A stretch of 64,000 nucleotides of DNA from positions 90,582,001-90,646,000 of the forward strand of contig OZ024745.1 in assembly GCA_964016885.1 (NCBI GenBank). Direction: 5' to 3'. The stretch's first letter is position 1, and each line of letters opens with the position of its first letter. The notes below the pieces were generated by a model. It searched no databases and was not told the DNA's origin. It saw nothing but the letters and a program-made list of their open reading frames with translations. Shown here one piece after another: positions 12,923 to 25,463 of the stretch. Source of the DNA: Eledone cirrhosa (Eukaryota). A program made the position numbers and the translations under genes.

Positions 12923-13141
12923 ATATATATATATATATATACTGAAGTAAAAGTTAAGTGGAAATATCCAAAAGTAAGAGTACTTAGTCCATAGGACGAG
13001 TTTAGTATAAATAATTACAGCAGTGACATAAACAGGTACTCAAGTACCGTTTGGTTCTGGGCCCCAATTCATTCAGCCTGTCATGTTTATGTCACTGTTG
13101 TAATTATTTATTTATATACATATATATATATGTATAAACGC

Positions 13142-13209
<68 letters not shown>

Positions 13210-13599
13210 ACCCTGACATTATAGTTTGTTCCATTCGGAATTAATATACTCAGGAAAAAAAAAAAACTTCGTCCGTTAAGGTAATTAACTCCAAATCTTT
13301 TTAAAATGGGTTGTTTCCCTTAAATTCTCCAAATTGCTGTTATTTGTTTTTAATTATATTATGTCAATCAATAGGCGGGGGTTTTAGCAATATCATTAGA
13401 GCGTCGGACAACATGCTTTGTAGCATAGAGTTACATCCCTTTACGGTCTGAGCTAAAATCTCTTCGAAATTAGCTTTGCCTTTCATCCTTACTGGATCGA
13501 TAAAATCGAAGTACCAGTAACACGAGTCGATTTAATCGACTTTTCGACTTTCCACTACCCTAAAATTGTTGGCATTGTGCCTAAATCAAAAACTATTAT

Positions 13600-13763
13600 A
13601 AAGTGAAATTCCGTTATAACGAACTTCACGGGGTATAAAAAATAATTCTTTGTCACGAAAAATTCTTTATAACGAAATCGAGCGTGTGGCCGGGGATTGA
13701 AAAAAATTTCGTTATACTGAAAAATTCGTTATAATGGTATTCGTTATAACGGAATTTTACCTG
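13600..13763. mobile_element. Tigger/pogo-like MITE
   Basis: Inverted termini aaattccgttataacgaa / ttcgttataacggaattt with internal TTCGTTATA repeats; TA flanks. Confidence 0.6.
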
Positions 13764-14414
13764 TATTATGCAAGTCAAGTAAAGATTATCACACAGAACA
13801 ACATATTAGTTAAGGTGGTTGTGTAACAGTTTTAATCTAAACCGATTTTTTCGTTGTCAATCTTTCAGCTCGGTTGGCTGTGAACTCTGAATATGGTCAA
13901 ATTTAACTACATACTGCGAAGTATGTTTATATATTGCTAAAAATAATTGTTTCTACTTTAGGCACAAGGCCAGCAATTAGCCAGTGCATTACTGGTACTT
14001 TATTTTATCGACCCCGTAAGGATGAAAGGCAAAGTCAACCTCGGCGTGATTTGCTAAAAATAATGAACATTACATTTTGATTAAAATGGTATTTTGAAAG
14101 CGTAGCAAAGCAATTTGGTTTCTCGTTTGAATCTAATACTATGAGATATGAAACTTGCATCTGATAACAACTGAATGATAGAATGAACTCTATAGATAAT
14201 GAACATAACCACAAGCATGTGGTCCGAACTCCCACTGTCATCGCCTCCATCTCTCTCACCTTCCCCATCTCTCTGTATGGTGAGCAAATGGGGTCCCACG
14301 TGCTGGCCTCCCTCCCCACAGCCCCGGCGGACAGAATGGACAAAATTTGTTGTTTTTTTTCTATAAATTTCTACAAATTTCATATTTGACGACCCAATAT
14401 AATACATACACCAC

Positions 14415-14787
14415 ATACTCTCGGATCCCAAATAACAGAGGTTTGGAATAAGCAAGGGTGGTGGAATGCGTGGGGGGGGGGGGGGGGGGGTAATTTTTCA
14501 AGGTTGTCTCCGTTGATTTTTTTAAAAACCAAAATTACTCGTTTAGTTTACATATTGAGCCCCCAACGCATTCTATTTATTTTATAACATGGGATTTCTA
14601 GTAATGTACGTTTTTGTCATGTATAATGTTTTGTAACGTATAAAGAAAATTGTCGCAGAAATGCTACCACTTAAAATATAATTTCGCCGGAGATAAATAA
14701 GCAAAATTTAATAAGCGCGGGGGGTAGGGGGGATCTAAAAAATTAATATGGGGGGGGGGGTGACGATTATTCACGAGCCGAGAGTAC
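14415..14787 (+). mobile_element. ~370-bp TIR element (MITE), dispersed family
   Basis: tactctcggatcccaaataa ... ttattcacgagccgagagta; homologous copies at 5509-5730 (inverted), 28258-28986 (split by SINEs) and a left end at 32692. Confidence 0.6.
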
Positions 14788-15337
14788 AGGCAGACACACA
14801 TACAAATTACATATGTATAGAGAGAGAAGTGGGGCGGTGGTCACTTCTACCTAGCTAGAACAGTTTCATTCATATAAAAGCATCAGGATTCCTGATGCTT
14901 TTATAGGAATGAAGTATCTTTTTTGAACTGCGATTACCCCCGACACAACTCGGGAATCTACACATAATATAATATATATATATATATATATAACATCTCT
15001 GCTATCACACTAACTTACTGTATTTTATACTATTTTTATTGTCATTTGGACTTATTTATATTTCCTTAAATGAAAATCCCATTAAAGAATTCTACCGCGT
15101 AGTGAATAGTCACATCAACAATTATAAGATTTCTGATGAAGTATGATAAATAATTAAGTATTGCATATGTTTGGTCAATATATATTGTACTCAGCATATG
15201 TAGATAATTGTAATAGACAAAGAAACATATGTTAAAGCAAATGAACTCCTAATCTCCTTTCTCGCATATGTTTATATTTTTCTTGGTGCAAAACTAGCTT
15301 ATATAAATATATATACATATCTTATATCCAAATAAAG

Positions 15338-15410
15338 ATTCCTTCTGATGAGCGATATCAGACGTTTCTGTAAGAATCGTCTAACTTCATGAAACCTTGG
15401 GTAATGGAAT
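15338..15410 (+). ncRNA. Type I hammerhead-like motif with long stem II
   Basis: attcctt-CTGATGA-...agacg/cgtct hairpin...-GAAA-cc-ttg-gg-TA-atggaat; base of stem II imperfect. Confidence 0.55.
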
Positions 15411-15434
15411 AATTATATTGTGTTGTTTATTATA

Positions 15435-15493
<59 letters not shown>

Positions 15494-15532
15494 ATATTAA
15501 ATAAATGGAAACTATATTTATAAAACCATATT

Positions 15533-15595
15533 TATTTTATTATATATATTTCAAGGGTACCAAGACACATTGGTACGCTTTCATCAGATAAAATA
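15533..15595 (-). ncRNA. Type I hammerhead ribozyme, intact core (PLE A left arm)
   Basis: tattttat-CTGATGA-aagcgtaccaa..ttggtaccctt-GAAA-(ta)n-TA-ataaaata. Confidence 0.8.
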
Positions 15596-15755
15596 CAAAG
15601 TTTGTTTTATAAATAGAGACATACCCATGAAAATCATACCTTATCGGTTGGATATTCACTGGATAGTGGAAATATATTAAGGATTTTTCAAACTTATGTG
15701 TGAATATGCAAATGAATATGTAAATAATTGAAAAACAACCGTTTATTTAAACGAC

Positions 15756-15815
<60 letters not shown>

Positions 15816-16026
15816 ATAAGATGAGAGGATAAAATAGTGCGAGAGAGAGAAGAAAGAAACAAGAGAAGATGAATAAAAACTCATATAACGTTAATTTGAG
15901 GGAAATATATTCTAAGTATATATCTTAATAGTACGTGTATTTACGATGATTAGTTGTTTAAAATTTGTTTATAATATAATATTATTTTTCTTCTGTTATA
16001 AGTAGATAAATAAATAAATACATACA

Positions 16027-16061
<35 letters not shown>

Positions 16062-16499
16062 ATGGGTATATCATGTTATAGATAATTGTTCTAATGAGTT
16101 ATGAGGGATATTGGTTTTGTATTTTATGTAAATAAATATTAAGTTAAATTAAATTAAATTAAATTAAATTAACTGAGTTAATAAGAATATTTATATTTAT
16201 ATGATTTAAAATGGGAAGATACGGAAAAACTCCGGTTTAATTTATTTATTCGTTAGTGTGAGACTATTTAGTCAAAATAAGTATAGATGTTGAAAGATAC
16301 ATTTAGCCAGAATCAGTTAGTGGTTATAAATCTATTGAAAAATATTGAAAAAATATTGATAAAGTATTGAAAAAATATTGAAACAAGTATTGAAAAAATA
16401 TTGAAAAATCTGAGAAAGTTTTTTTTTAAAGTAATTTATAAAAGATAAATAATTTTTAAAGAAATAAAAATTTAAAAAATTATTAGATAGAATCATACC

Positions 16500-18052
16500 G
16501 CAACTTAAAGAAATATCCTACCTAAAACTATGGAACGGTACTAACGAGGTTATAGAGATTGGTTCAATAACATAAAATTTAAACAACAAAAAATGTATTC
16601 AAATAGATATTGCAAACTACTACTCCTTTATTACTCCTAGTTTACTTAATAAAGCTCTTATCTACGCATCTAAACATACAGATGTATCTAGCGAAGAAAT
16701 GCATATCATTTTAACTGCACGGAAAACTTTAATTGAATTCAACAATCATCTCTGGACTGGAGCCGATAGAAAAAATAATGTTGATATCACCATGGGATCA
16801 TCTGACTCGGCGCAAATAACGGATCTATTCATTAATAATACACTGCATAGAAAAATACCAAAGATGACCGGTGGTTAATATCGTGATGATATGCTGCTTT
16901 TAATTGAAAATCATAGTAATTGTGAAATTAATAGGAAAAGAAAATCCATAATACAATTCTTCAATAGCTACCTTAAGTTAGAAATAGAGAATAACTATAA
17001 AATTGTTAACTTTTCAGACGTAACATTAAACCTTAACACAGGGCTCTACTATCCATTCCATAAAATTAATGAGAATCTAAACTATGAAAGTGTTAACTTT
17101 AATCATCCTAGATCCATCAAGAACACTATCGTCAATTCTGTCCAACAACGGATTTCACGCATCTCCGCTAATAAAAACATTTTTGACGATAAGGCAGAAT
17201 ATTATAATGAAGCTTTAAATAGAGCAGGGTATATAAATAAGATTAAATACATCGACAACGGTAATAAGGCAAATAACCCTACTATTAATTGTAATAATAA
17301 TAAAAAATTTAACTTAAACTCTAAAACTAACAGAAGAAATAGAACTAGAAATATTATTTGGTACTCATCCCCATTCTCATTAAGCGTAAAAACACCTTTA
17401 GCAAAGCTATTCTTTAAAGCACTAGATAAATGTTTTCCTAAAGCCCACAGATACCACTCAACAGACATACTATAAAACTATCATACTCTACTACTATGAA
17501 CATAGCACAAAATATTAATAGAATTAATAATAGAAATTTAAACCCTAACCAAAATAACCAAAATAGCAGTAATATCTCTAGCATTATCCAATATAATAGT
17601 ACCGTTCCGAACAACAACAATTCCGCAAAATGTAACTGTAGAATTAAATCAAACTGTCCTTTACAAAATAAGTGTTTAGATAAAAACGTGGTCTATAAAT
17701 GTACAATTAAAACTAGTGATAATATATTTAACTATGTCGGTGCAACTTCTACAGAATTTAAAAGTCGCTGGAATAACCACAAATGTTCTTTCCGAAGATT
17801 TGATAAAAAAATCTCCAACTGCTCTTTCAAACCTGATATGGAACTTAAAATGCAAGAATATGGACTATTCATTAGCTTGGGAAACAGTTTCATAAGCACC
17901 CGCGTACTGAAACACAGCTTTATCTAGATTCTGAAAATTGTGTATTGAGGAAATTTTTTTCATACTTAAATGTAAAAACTCTATTAATGTAAGAACGAAT
18001 TTATTTAATTCTTGTAGACATGGCCAGATTTCAACATTCAGAACTATATATA
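16500..18052 (+). pseudogene. PLE reverse transcriptase + GIY-YIG endonuclease, disrupted
   Basis: RT motifs QIDIANYYS, ITMGSSDSAQITDL, YRDD; CNC..CP...C linker; VVYKC...YVGAT..FKSRWNNH GIY-YIG; several stops and frameshifts. Confidence 0.88.
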
Positions 18053-18949
18053 ACTTATAATTATACTTATAATATTTCTACTTATTTCCATAACTATCTC
18101 ATCCACTTGGTTTTAATATATTGATATCTCTAAATCATATCTTTAACATTTGCTGTAATTCCACTTATTAAAGTTTCATAAAATATATACGTATATAATT
18201 CTAATCTTCTTTTTTAATTTTAATTTTAATTTTAATAATTTGTATTTCTTTATTTTTATTTCTTTAATTTGTATTTCTTCAAATATTACTTATCTCTTAT
18301 AAATTTTTTTTTTTTAAACTATCTCAAATTTTTTTATATTTTTCAATACTTTATCAATATTTTTCAATAGATTTATAGCCACTAACTGATTCTGGCTAAT
18401 GTATCTTTCAACATCTATACTTATTTTGACTAAATAGTCTCACACTAACGAATAAATAAATTAAACCGGAGTTTTTTCCGTATCTTCCCATTTTAAATCA
18501 TATAAATATTCTTATTAACTCAGTTAATTTAATTTAACTTAATATTTATTTACATTAAATACAAAACCAATATCCCTCATAACTCATTAGAACAATTATC
18601 TATAACATGATATACCCATTTTTTATGTATTTATTTATTTATTTATCTACTTATAACAGAAGAAAATATATTATAAACAAATTTTAAACAACTAATAATC
18701 GTAAATACGCGTACTATTAAGATATATACTTAGAATATAAGTATGTATACGTACATACATATATATATACAGACTACAGTAGTATGTATATATATATACA
18801 TACATGCACACATATATATATATATGTACGTATGCATTTACCGAACATTTATTATAATGCTCGGTTTGTTTGTAAACAAACATCCCGAATTAAGCCGTAC
18901 AGTGTTTAGCAACCATCGTTGCCCTTTTGTTCAAAACTGACAAAGGAAC

Positions 18950-18988
18950 GATGTACTAGTTTCAAGCTTATTAGCTATCGTCAGCACC
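18950..18988 (-). ncRNA. Minimal type I hammerhead ribozyme
   Basis: ggtg-CTGACGA-tagct-aata-agctt-GAAA-ctag-TA-catc. Confidence 0.78.
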
Positions 18989-19623
18989 GTATACCTTCCT
19001 GCCAGATGATTGAACGTCTGAAAGTATATACTTTCCTTATGCATATTAACGGCTGAGCAGCCTAATTTTCATACCGAGTGAGTTAATCGGCCGGGCGCAT
19101 CGAAAACGATAAATGGAAAAAAAATGAAACGAAATTTCATTTCTCATTCTTAGTACGGCTGTAACTTAAATATAAGTATGTATACGTACATACATATATG
19201 TATACAGACGTACAGTAGTATGTATATATATACATACATGCACACATATATATATGTACGTATGCACACATATATATATATATGTACGTACGTTAATTCG
19301 GGATGTTTGTTTACAAACAAACCGAGCATTATAATAAATGTTCGGTAAATCCATACGTACATATATGTGTGCATGTATGTATATATATATACATACTACT
19401 GTACGTGTGTATACATATATGTATGTACGTATACATACTTATATTTAAGTAACAGCTGTACTAAGAGTGAGAAATGAAATTTCGTTTCGTTTTTTTCCAT
19501 TTATCGTTTTCGGTGCGCCCGGCCGATTAACTCACTCGATATGCAAATTAGGCTGCCCATCCGTTAATATACATAAGAAAGTATATACTTTCAGACGTTC
19601 AATCATCTGGCAGGAAGGTATAC

Positions 19624-19662
19624 GGTGCTGACGATAGCTAATAAGCTTGAAACTAGTACATC
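19624..19662 (+). ncRNA. Minimal type I hammerhead ribozyme
   Basis: ggtg-CTGACGA-tagct-aata-agctt-GAAA-ctag-TA-catc; palindromic CTAG stem III. Confidence 0.78.
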
Positions 19663-20205
19663 GTTCCTTTGTCAGTGTTGAACAAAAGGGCAATGATGGT
19701 TGCTAAACAGAGTACGGCTTAATTTGGGATGTTTGTTTACAAACAAACCGAGCATTATAATGAATGTTCGGTAAATCCATACGTACATATATATATGTGT
19801 GTGTGTATATATACATACTACTGTACGTCTGTATACATATGTATGTACGTATACATACTTATATTTAAGTAACAGCCGTACTAAGAGTGAGAAATGAAAT
19901 TTCGTTTCATTTTTTTCCATTTACTTAGAATATATTTCCCTCAAATTAACGTTATGTGACTTTTATTCATCTTCTCTTGTTTCTTTCTTCTCTCTCTCGC
20001 ACTATTTTATCCTCTCATCTTATCTCTTCTCTCTCTCTCTCCATAGTCGTTTAAATAAACGGTTGTTTTTCAATTATTTACATATTCATTTGCATATTCA
20101 CACATAAGTTTGAAAAATCCCTAATATATTTCCACTATCCAGTGAATATCCAACCGATAAGGTATGATTTTCATGGGTATGTCTCTATTTATAAAACAAA
20201 CTTTG

Positions 20206-20268
20206 TATTTTATCTGATAAAAGCGTACCAATGTGTCTTGGTACCCTTGAAAAATATATAATAAAATA
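20206..20268 (+). ncRNA. Type I hammerhead with mutated core (PLE A right arm)
   Basis: Same as 15533-15595 but CTGATAA instead of CTGATGA and an altered base after GAAA; probably inactive. Confidence 0.6.
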
Positions 20269-20427
20269 AATATGGTTTTATAAATATAGTTTCCATTTAT
20301 TTAATATCATTGAATATTTATTCTAGTAATCTATTGAGTGCTCTAAATCAGTTATAAACATTTATATTCGTCGGACTTCCAACAAATTAAATACCCCTTC
20401 TACTTATATATATATATATATATATAT

Positions 20428-20771
20428 TGTTATACTTTGGGAGGGTCATGTTGCCAATAAGAAACACACGCACCAGTCGCTTTCACTTCAATTTATTATA
20501 ATAAATTTATAAATTTCCGGTTGGTTGGTTGGTTGGTTCCACAACCAGATGGTTGTTTATATATTGTCAAAGTTCTTTCGTCACACATTCTGTGACCTCT
20601 TCAGTGACTGGGGATTCTTTTCTTTGTTTTTTGTGCCTCTCCTTTGTTCTGTCCTACGCCATCTGGTTGTGGAACCAACCAACCAACCGGAAATTTATTA
20701 TAATAAATTGAAGTGAAAGCAACTGGTGCGTGTGTTTCTTATTGGCAACATGACCCTCCCAAAGTATAACA
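20428..20771. mobile_element. Fold-back element (~120-bp arms) with a hammerhead in the spacer
   Basis: tgttatactttgggagggtc...gaccctcccaaagtataaca inverted arms; (TA)n on the left. Confidence 0.7.
20566..20608 (-). ncRNA. Type I hammerhead motif in the spacer of a fold-back element
   Basis: gtca-CTGAAGA-g-gtcaca-gaatg-tgtgac-GAAA-gaac-TT-tgac. Confidence 0.6.
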
Positions 20772-20978
20772 ATATCGGTTTCAACACACGTTTTCAGATA
20801 AAGAATCTTGCTAAACAAATTCAGAAACGAAATATATATATATATATATATGTAGGAGGTGAGTTTTATTGTAGAACAATAAAGCAATGCAGATATCGGA
20901 TAAGAAGCACTCTACAGTTTGTGGGACTGGAGTATACATAATATATAAGAACAAAAGATGGTTAAAAAAGTTCCATGT

Positions 20979-21047
20979 ATTTTATTATGCGCATTTCAAA
21001 AACAAATATGATCATGCAATAATATTTGTGTTTTCATCAGATAAAAC
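20979..21047 (-). ncRNA. Type I hammerhead ribozyme, intact core (PLE B left arm)
   Basis: gttttat-CTGATGA-aaacacaaatat..atatttgttttt-GAAA-tgcgca-TA-ataaaat. Confidence 0.8.
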
Positions 21048-21557
21048 AGGAGGACATGATATGAAGGTTAAAAAACACTTGTGGATAGTTCAGTTTTAAA
21101 TCAACATATGAGAAGTAGTTTTAGATTGATGTGTGATATCGGGAAAAATATTTTATTTAGAGGGGGGGGGTTGGAAAGGATGAAAAAAAAGGAGGAGATG
21201 AGAGTGAAGGTGGAGAGGGAGGAGTATAATGAGGAAGGATGAGATAGGAGGAGAGATGGGTGATAGAGAGAGAGAGATAGCTTTTATAACTGAGAAAGAT
21301 ATATTGTTTTACATAGAGAGGTTGAAAACCGTTGGAAGATAATGTATAAATTAAAAGAATTTGAAAATTAACGAAGAGAAAAATAATGTAAAGTTAAGGT
21401 TTGTATATTGAGGGGTTTGATAATATGTGCGAAGAAAAAGAAAGAGTTAATATGTATTGAGAATAATGAGTTAGATTAATATTATTAAGAACAATATACG
21501 TAATCTCTTTAACCAACATAACCTGAATTTGATAACAGTATCAAACTAGCTAATTTC

Positions 21558-22739
21558 TTGGATGTATCTCTTAATCTTGACACTGGCCTATATTACCCTT
21601 ACCATAAAAACAATGAGAACCTAAATTATGTTAACTTTAAATCTAACCATCCTACTAATATCAAGAATGCTATAGTTAGTAATATTGGAAAAAGAATATC
21701 TAACCTATCTTCTAATAAAAACATCTTTGATGCTAACGCCAATTACTATAATAACGCGCTTTCTAAAGCCGGCTATCCTGATAAAATCAAATATAGTAAA
21801 GAAACAAATTCTAGAAGAAATTACAGTAGAATAATTAATCATGATCATTCCAATAACTTTAATAAAAGACCTAGATACAAAAACATAATCTGGTATAATG
21901 CTCCTTTCTCCATCTCTATTAATAACAATATTCCTAAATTATTCTTTAGTGCCTTAAATAAATGCTTCCCTCCCTCACATATCTATAGTAAAATATTTAA
22001 CAAACACACTATAAAATTTTCTTATTCTACATCCTCCAACATTTCCAACATTATCGCTAAACACAACAATAAAATACTAAATACTAAATCTCTTCCTTCC
22101 AACACTGAATTTCATAATAATAGTACTCCCGACGTCATTGTAAACTCTAGGCTAATTTCTACAAACCCAAATACAACGTCAAACACAACTTCGCTAAATG
22201 TTCATAATCCCATTCTAAATCAAGAAACTATTATTCCTATCGCAAACAACTTCTCCAATCCAATTCCTTCTATAGATAACACTAGGTCACTCATTAATAA
22301 TCTCTCTAATTGCAATTGCAATATTAAAAATAAATGTCCTCTCAACAACCATTGTCTTGATAAAAACTTAATTTACGAATGTAAAGTTATAACTGACACC
22401 AATTCCTTCACCTATTTTGGCTCCACTTCCACCTCTTTTAAAGCTCGTCTTTATAACCATCATTCGTCTTTTAAATACAAACTTAAAAGAACCAACACGG
22501 CTCTCTCAGAACTCATATGGTCCTTGAAAGACAAAAATATTAAATATAGCATCTTTTGGAAGAAGGTTTCTTCTGCGTCTCCATACTTGAACAGTTCTCT
22601 ATCCAAAATCTGCAATCTCTGTCTAAATGAAAAATTTACCATTATCTCTAATCTAGATTCTATAATAAATAGACGCACTGAATTGTTTTCTATCTGCTTG
22701 CATAAATTCCATAAAACATTTCACAAAGTATACAGCTAA
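21558..22739 (+). pseudogene. PLE RT thumb + Cys linker + GIY-YIG endonuclease (393 aa open, 5'-truncated)
   Basis: FLDVSLNL..G.YYPY.K, SNHP, IIWYNAPFS, CNC..CP...C, LIYECKV...YFGST..FKARLYNH, CNLCLNEK, NRRTELFSICLH. Confidence 0.9.
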
Positions 22740-24101
22740 TATTCAATTTTTATCAATTTAGAATCTTTTTCTCAAAGGCACATATATATACACTTCTTTT
22801 AAAAATATACCCATCTTTCTACCTTATTTCAAAGGTTATTATACATTCTATAATACTTGTCTACTCTTTCTACATCACCCCTATTTATCACTTCCCTTTC
22901 TTCTCTTCTAATATCTAACCCCTAATCTGTACCTTTTCTCACTCCTGCCTAACATAGAATCAATTAAACTTGTAAAAATCCTTCGTAAACATATACATTT
23001 TTTTGACGTTAGATTATTCATCCTCAATTCATTATTCTTTTCTCCCTTTCATCTAACTCATTTTTTCTTCGCACATATTATCAAACCCCTCAATATACAA
23101 ACCTTAACTTTACATTATTTTTCTCTTCGTTAATTTTCAAATTCTATAATACTTTCTACATCACCCCTATTTATCACTTCCCTTTCTTCTCTTCTTCTTC
23201 TAATATCTAACCCCTAATCTGTACCTTTTCTCACTCCTGCCTAACATAGAATCAATTATTACATAATACAACACATTCTTACTCTATATCACCTTGTAAA
23301 AATCCTTCGTAAACATATACATTTTTTTTTTTTGACGTTAGATTATTCATCCTCAATTCATTATTCTTTTCTCCCTTTCATCTAACTCATTTTTTCTTCG
23401 CACATATTATCAAACCCCTCAATATACAAACCTTAACTTTACATTATTTTTCTCTACGTTAATTTTCAAATTCTATAATACTTGTCTACTCTTTCTACAT
23501 CACCCCTATTTATCACTTCCCTTTCTTCTAATATCTAGCCCCTAATCTGTATCTTTTCTCACTCTTGCCTAACATAGAATCAATTATTACATAATACAAC
23601 ACATTCTTACTCTATATCACCTTGTAAAAATCCTTCGTAAACATATACATTTTTTTTGACATAAGATTATTCATCCTCAATTCATTATTCTTTTCTCCCT
23701 TTCATCTAACTCATTATTCTCAATACATATTAACTCTTTCTTTTTCTTCGCACATATTATCAAACCCCTCAATATACAAACCTTAACTTTACATTATTTT
23801 TCTCTTCGTTAATTTTCAAATTCTTTTAATTTATACATTATCTTCCAACGGTTTTCAACCTCTCTATGTAAAACAATATATCTTTCTCAGTTATAAAAGC
23901 TATCTCTCTCTCTCTATCACCCATCTCTCCTCCCTCTCCACCTTCACTCTCATCTCGTCCTTTTTTTTTCACCCCCCCCCCCCCCCACTCTAAATAAAAT
24001 ATTTTCCCAATATCACACGTCAATCTAAAACTACTTCTCATATGTTGATTTAAAACTGAACTATCCACAAGTGTTTTTTAACCTTCATATCATGTCCTCC
24101 T

Positions 24102-24170
24102 GTTTTATCTGATGAAAACACAAATATTATTGCATGATCATATTTGTTTTTGAAATGCGCATAATAAAAT
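24102..24170 (+). ncRNA. Type I hammerhead ribozyme, intact core (PLE B right arm)
   Basis: gttttat-CTGATGA-stem II-GAAA-tgcgca-TA-ataaaat; palindromic TGCGCA stem III. Confidence 0.8.
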
Positions 24171-24199
24171 ACATGGAACTCCTTTAACCATCTTTTGTT

Positions 24200-24246
<47 letters not shown>

Positions 24247-25019
24247 AGAGAGAGAGAGAGAGACTGATGTGCTCTCAAATTTACTTTTCTCTTTATCAAC
24301 TACTGGCCCCTGGTTTTCTGTCGTTAGGGGTATTTTTACCCAGCTTATATGCTGTTGTCATTGATGACACTCGGCTGTTTGAAAAGCTATTCCTTGCGTT
24401 TGCGTTTTCAAATTATTCCCAATTTGTCTCTTTTATCTTCAAGGCATCAATGTTTATATATTGGATTGTAACATAAATTCCCGCCGTTGTTATAAAACTT
24501 CTTAATAAAAAAAAAAGCCGGCAATTTATGTTACAACCCTATATATATATATATATATATATATAAAACGAAGGAATTGTGGTAAGGAACCAGATGGACC
24601 ATAACGCACCAAAGTACTCAATACTTAGGGTAGTAGAGTTGGTAATAGGAACAAGTATGACCCCGACGGCAGTTTCGACGGCTATTTCTGGACTAAATAA
24701 GAATTTTTAGCCTGGTAAATAAATAGCCGAACTCCTTATATGGGAAGATAGTAATTGTCAAGAGGATTGGTCAAAAATGTGTTGTAAAGACAGATAAATC
24801 TATCATGGCATTTGGTGGGAGGTATATATATATATATATATATATAAGCAAAAGGGATATTTAATTTGTTGGTAATTCAACAAATATATTTATAACAGAT
24901 TCGAAGCACTCGACAAGTTTTCTGGAATATAATATCATTGATATTAATAAATGGAAACTATTATATGAAACGTTAAAGTCTGATTCCTGGGTATGTCACT
25001 ATTTATAAAACAAACTTTG

Positions 25020-25080
25020 TATTTTATCTGATGAGAGGGTACCAAAGTTTTGGTACTCTTGAAATATATATAATAGAATA
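25020..25080 (+). ncRNA. Type I hammerhead ribozyme, intact core (PLE A family tail fragment 24846-25115)
   Basis: tattttat-CTGATGA-gagggtaccaa-agtt-ttggtactctt-GAAA-tatata-TA-atagaata. Confidence 0.8.
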
Positions 25081-25124
25081 AATATGGTTTTATAAATATA
25101 GTTTTCATTGATATATATATCTAT

Positions 25125-25382
25125 CTAAGGCGGGTAAAATTCCCGAGATCCATGGACGAGTTCTCTCCAGCGATCTCTGTCCCTCATTATCGCTGCCATA
25201 TCCTGCATCTCCAACAGACCAGTGTCTGTCCTTAGGGCATCAACATATGTTAACCTTGGTCTTCCTCTTCTAGTGTGTCCATGTAGGGACTCCCAAAGGA
25301 GAACTGAGTGCAATGTCAACTCTGGATGTCGGTGAGCATGTCCAGCCAACCTCAGTCTCCTCTGTGTCACTTTTGAGCTGAC
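25125..25382 (-). mobile_element. RTE LINE 3' fragment
   Basis: RRLRLAGHAHRH...RRGRPRLTYVDAL...DRDRWRELV. Confidence 0.75.
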
Positions 25383-25463
25383 TATATATATATATAGGAA
25401 AATGTTAGTATTGAGTACTCTGGTGCGTTATGGTCCATCTGGTTCCTTACCACACCTCCTTCG

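Larger units (their letters stand above)
18740..19921. mobile_element. Retrozyme-like non-autonomous element (~420-bp monomer, inverted plus tandem copies) nested in PLE A
   Basis: 13-bp TSD TACTTAGAATATA at 18727-18739 and 19922-19934; absent from the mirror arm; period 420 bp (19451 vs 19871); hammerheads at 18950-18988(-) and 19624-19662(+). Confidence 0.8.
15489..20400 (+). mobile_element. Penelope-like element A (Neptune-type), 5'-truncated with inverted copy of its 3' tail
   Basis: Decayed RT-EN coding region ~16500-18052; 15489-~16480 is the reverse complement of ~18260-20312 once a nested insert is removed; hammerhead in both arms; flanked by (TA)n. Confidence 0.88.
20850..24207 (+). 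mobile_element. Penelope-like element B (Neptune-type), 5'-truncated with inverted tail copy
   Basis: 20941-21476 mirrors 23704-24207 almost perfectly; ORF 21558-22739; about three tandem ~300-bp tail units at 22850-23830; hammerheads in both arms. Confidence 0.9.

Noticed and set aside
15125-15175. CTGATGA box suggesting another hammerhead (also ~40315 minus, 14892, 13045-13080 minus)
   Set aside because: No properly placed GAAA with closing stems; at best heavily decayed.
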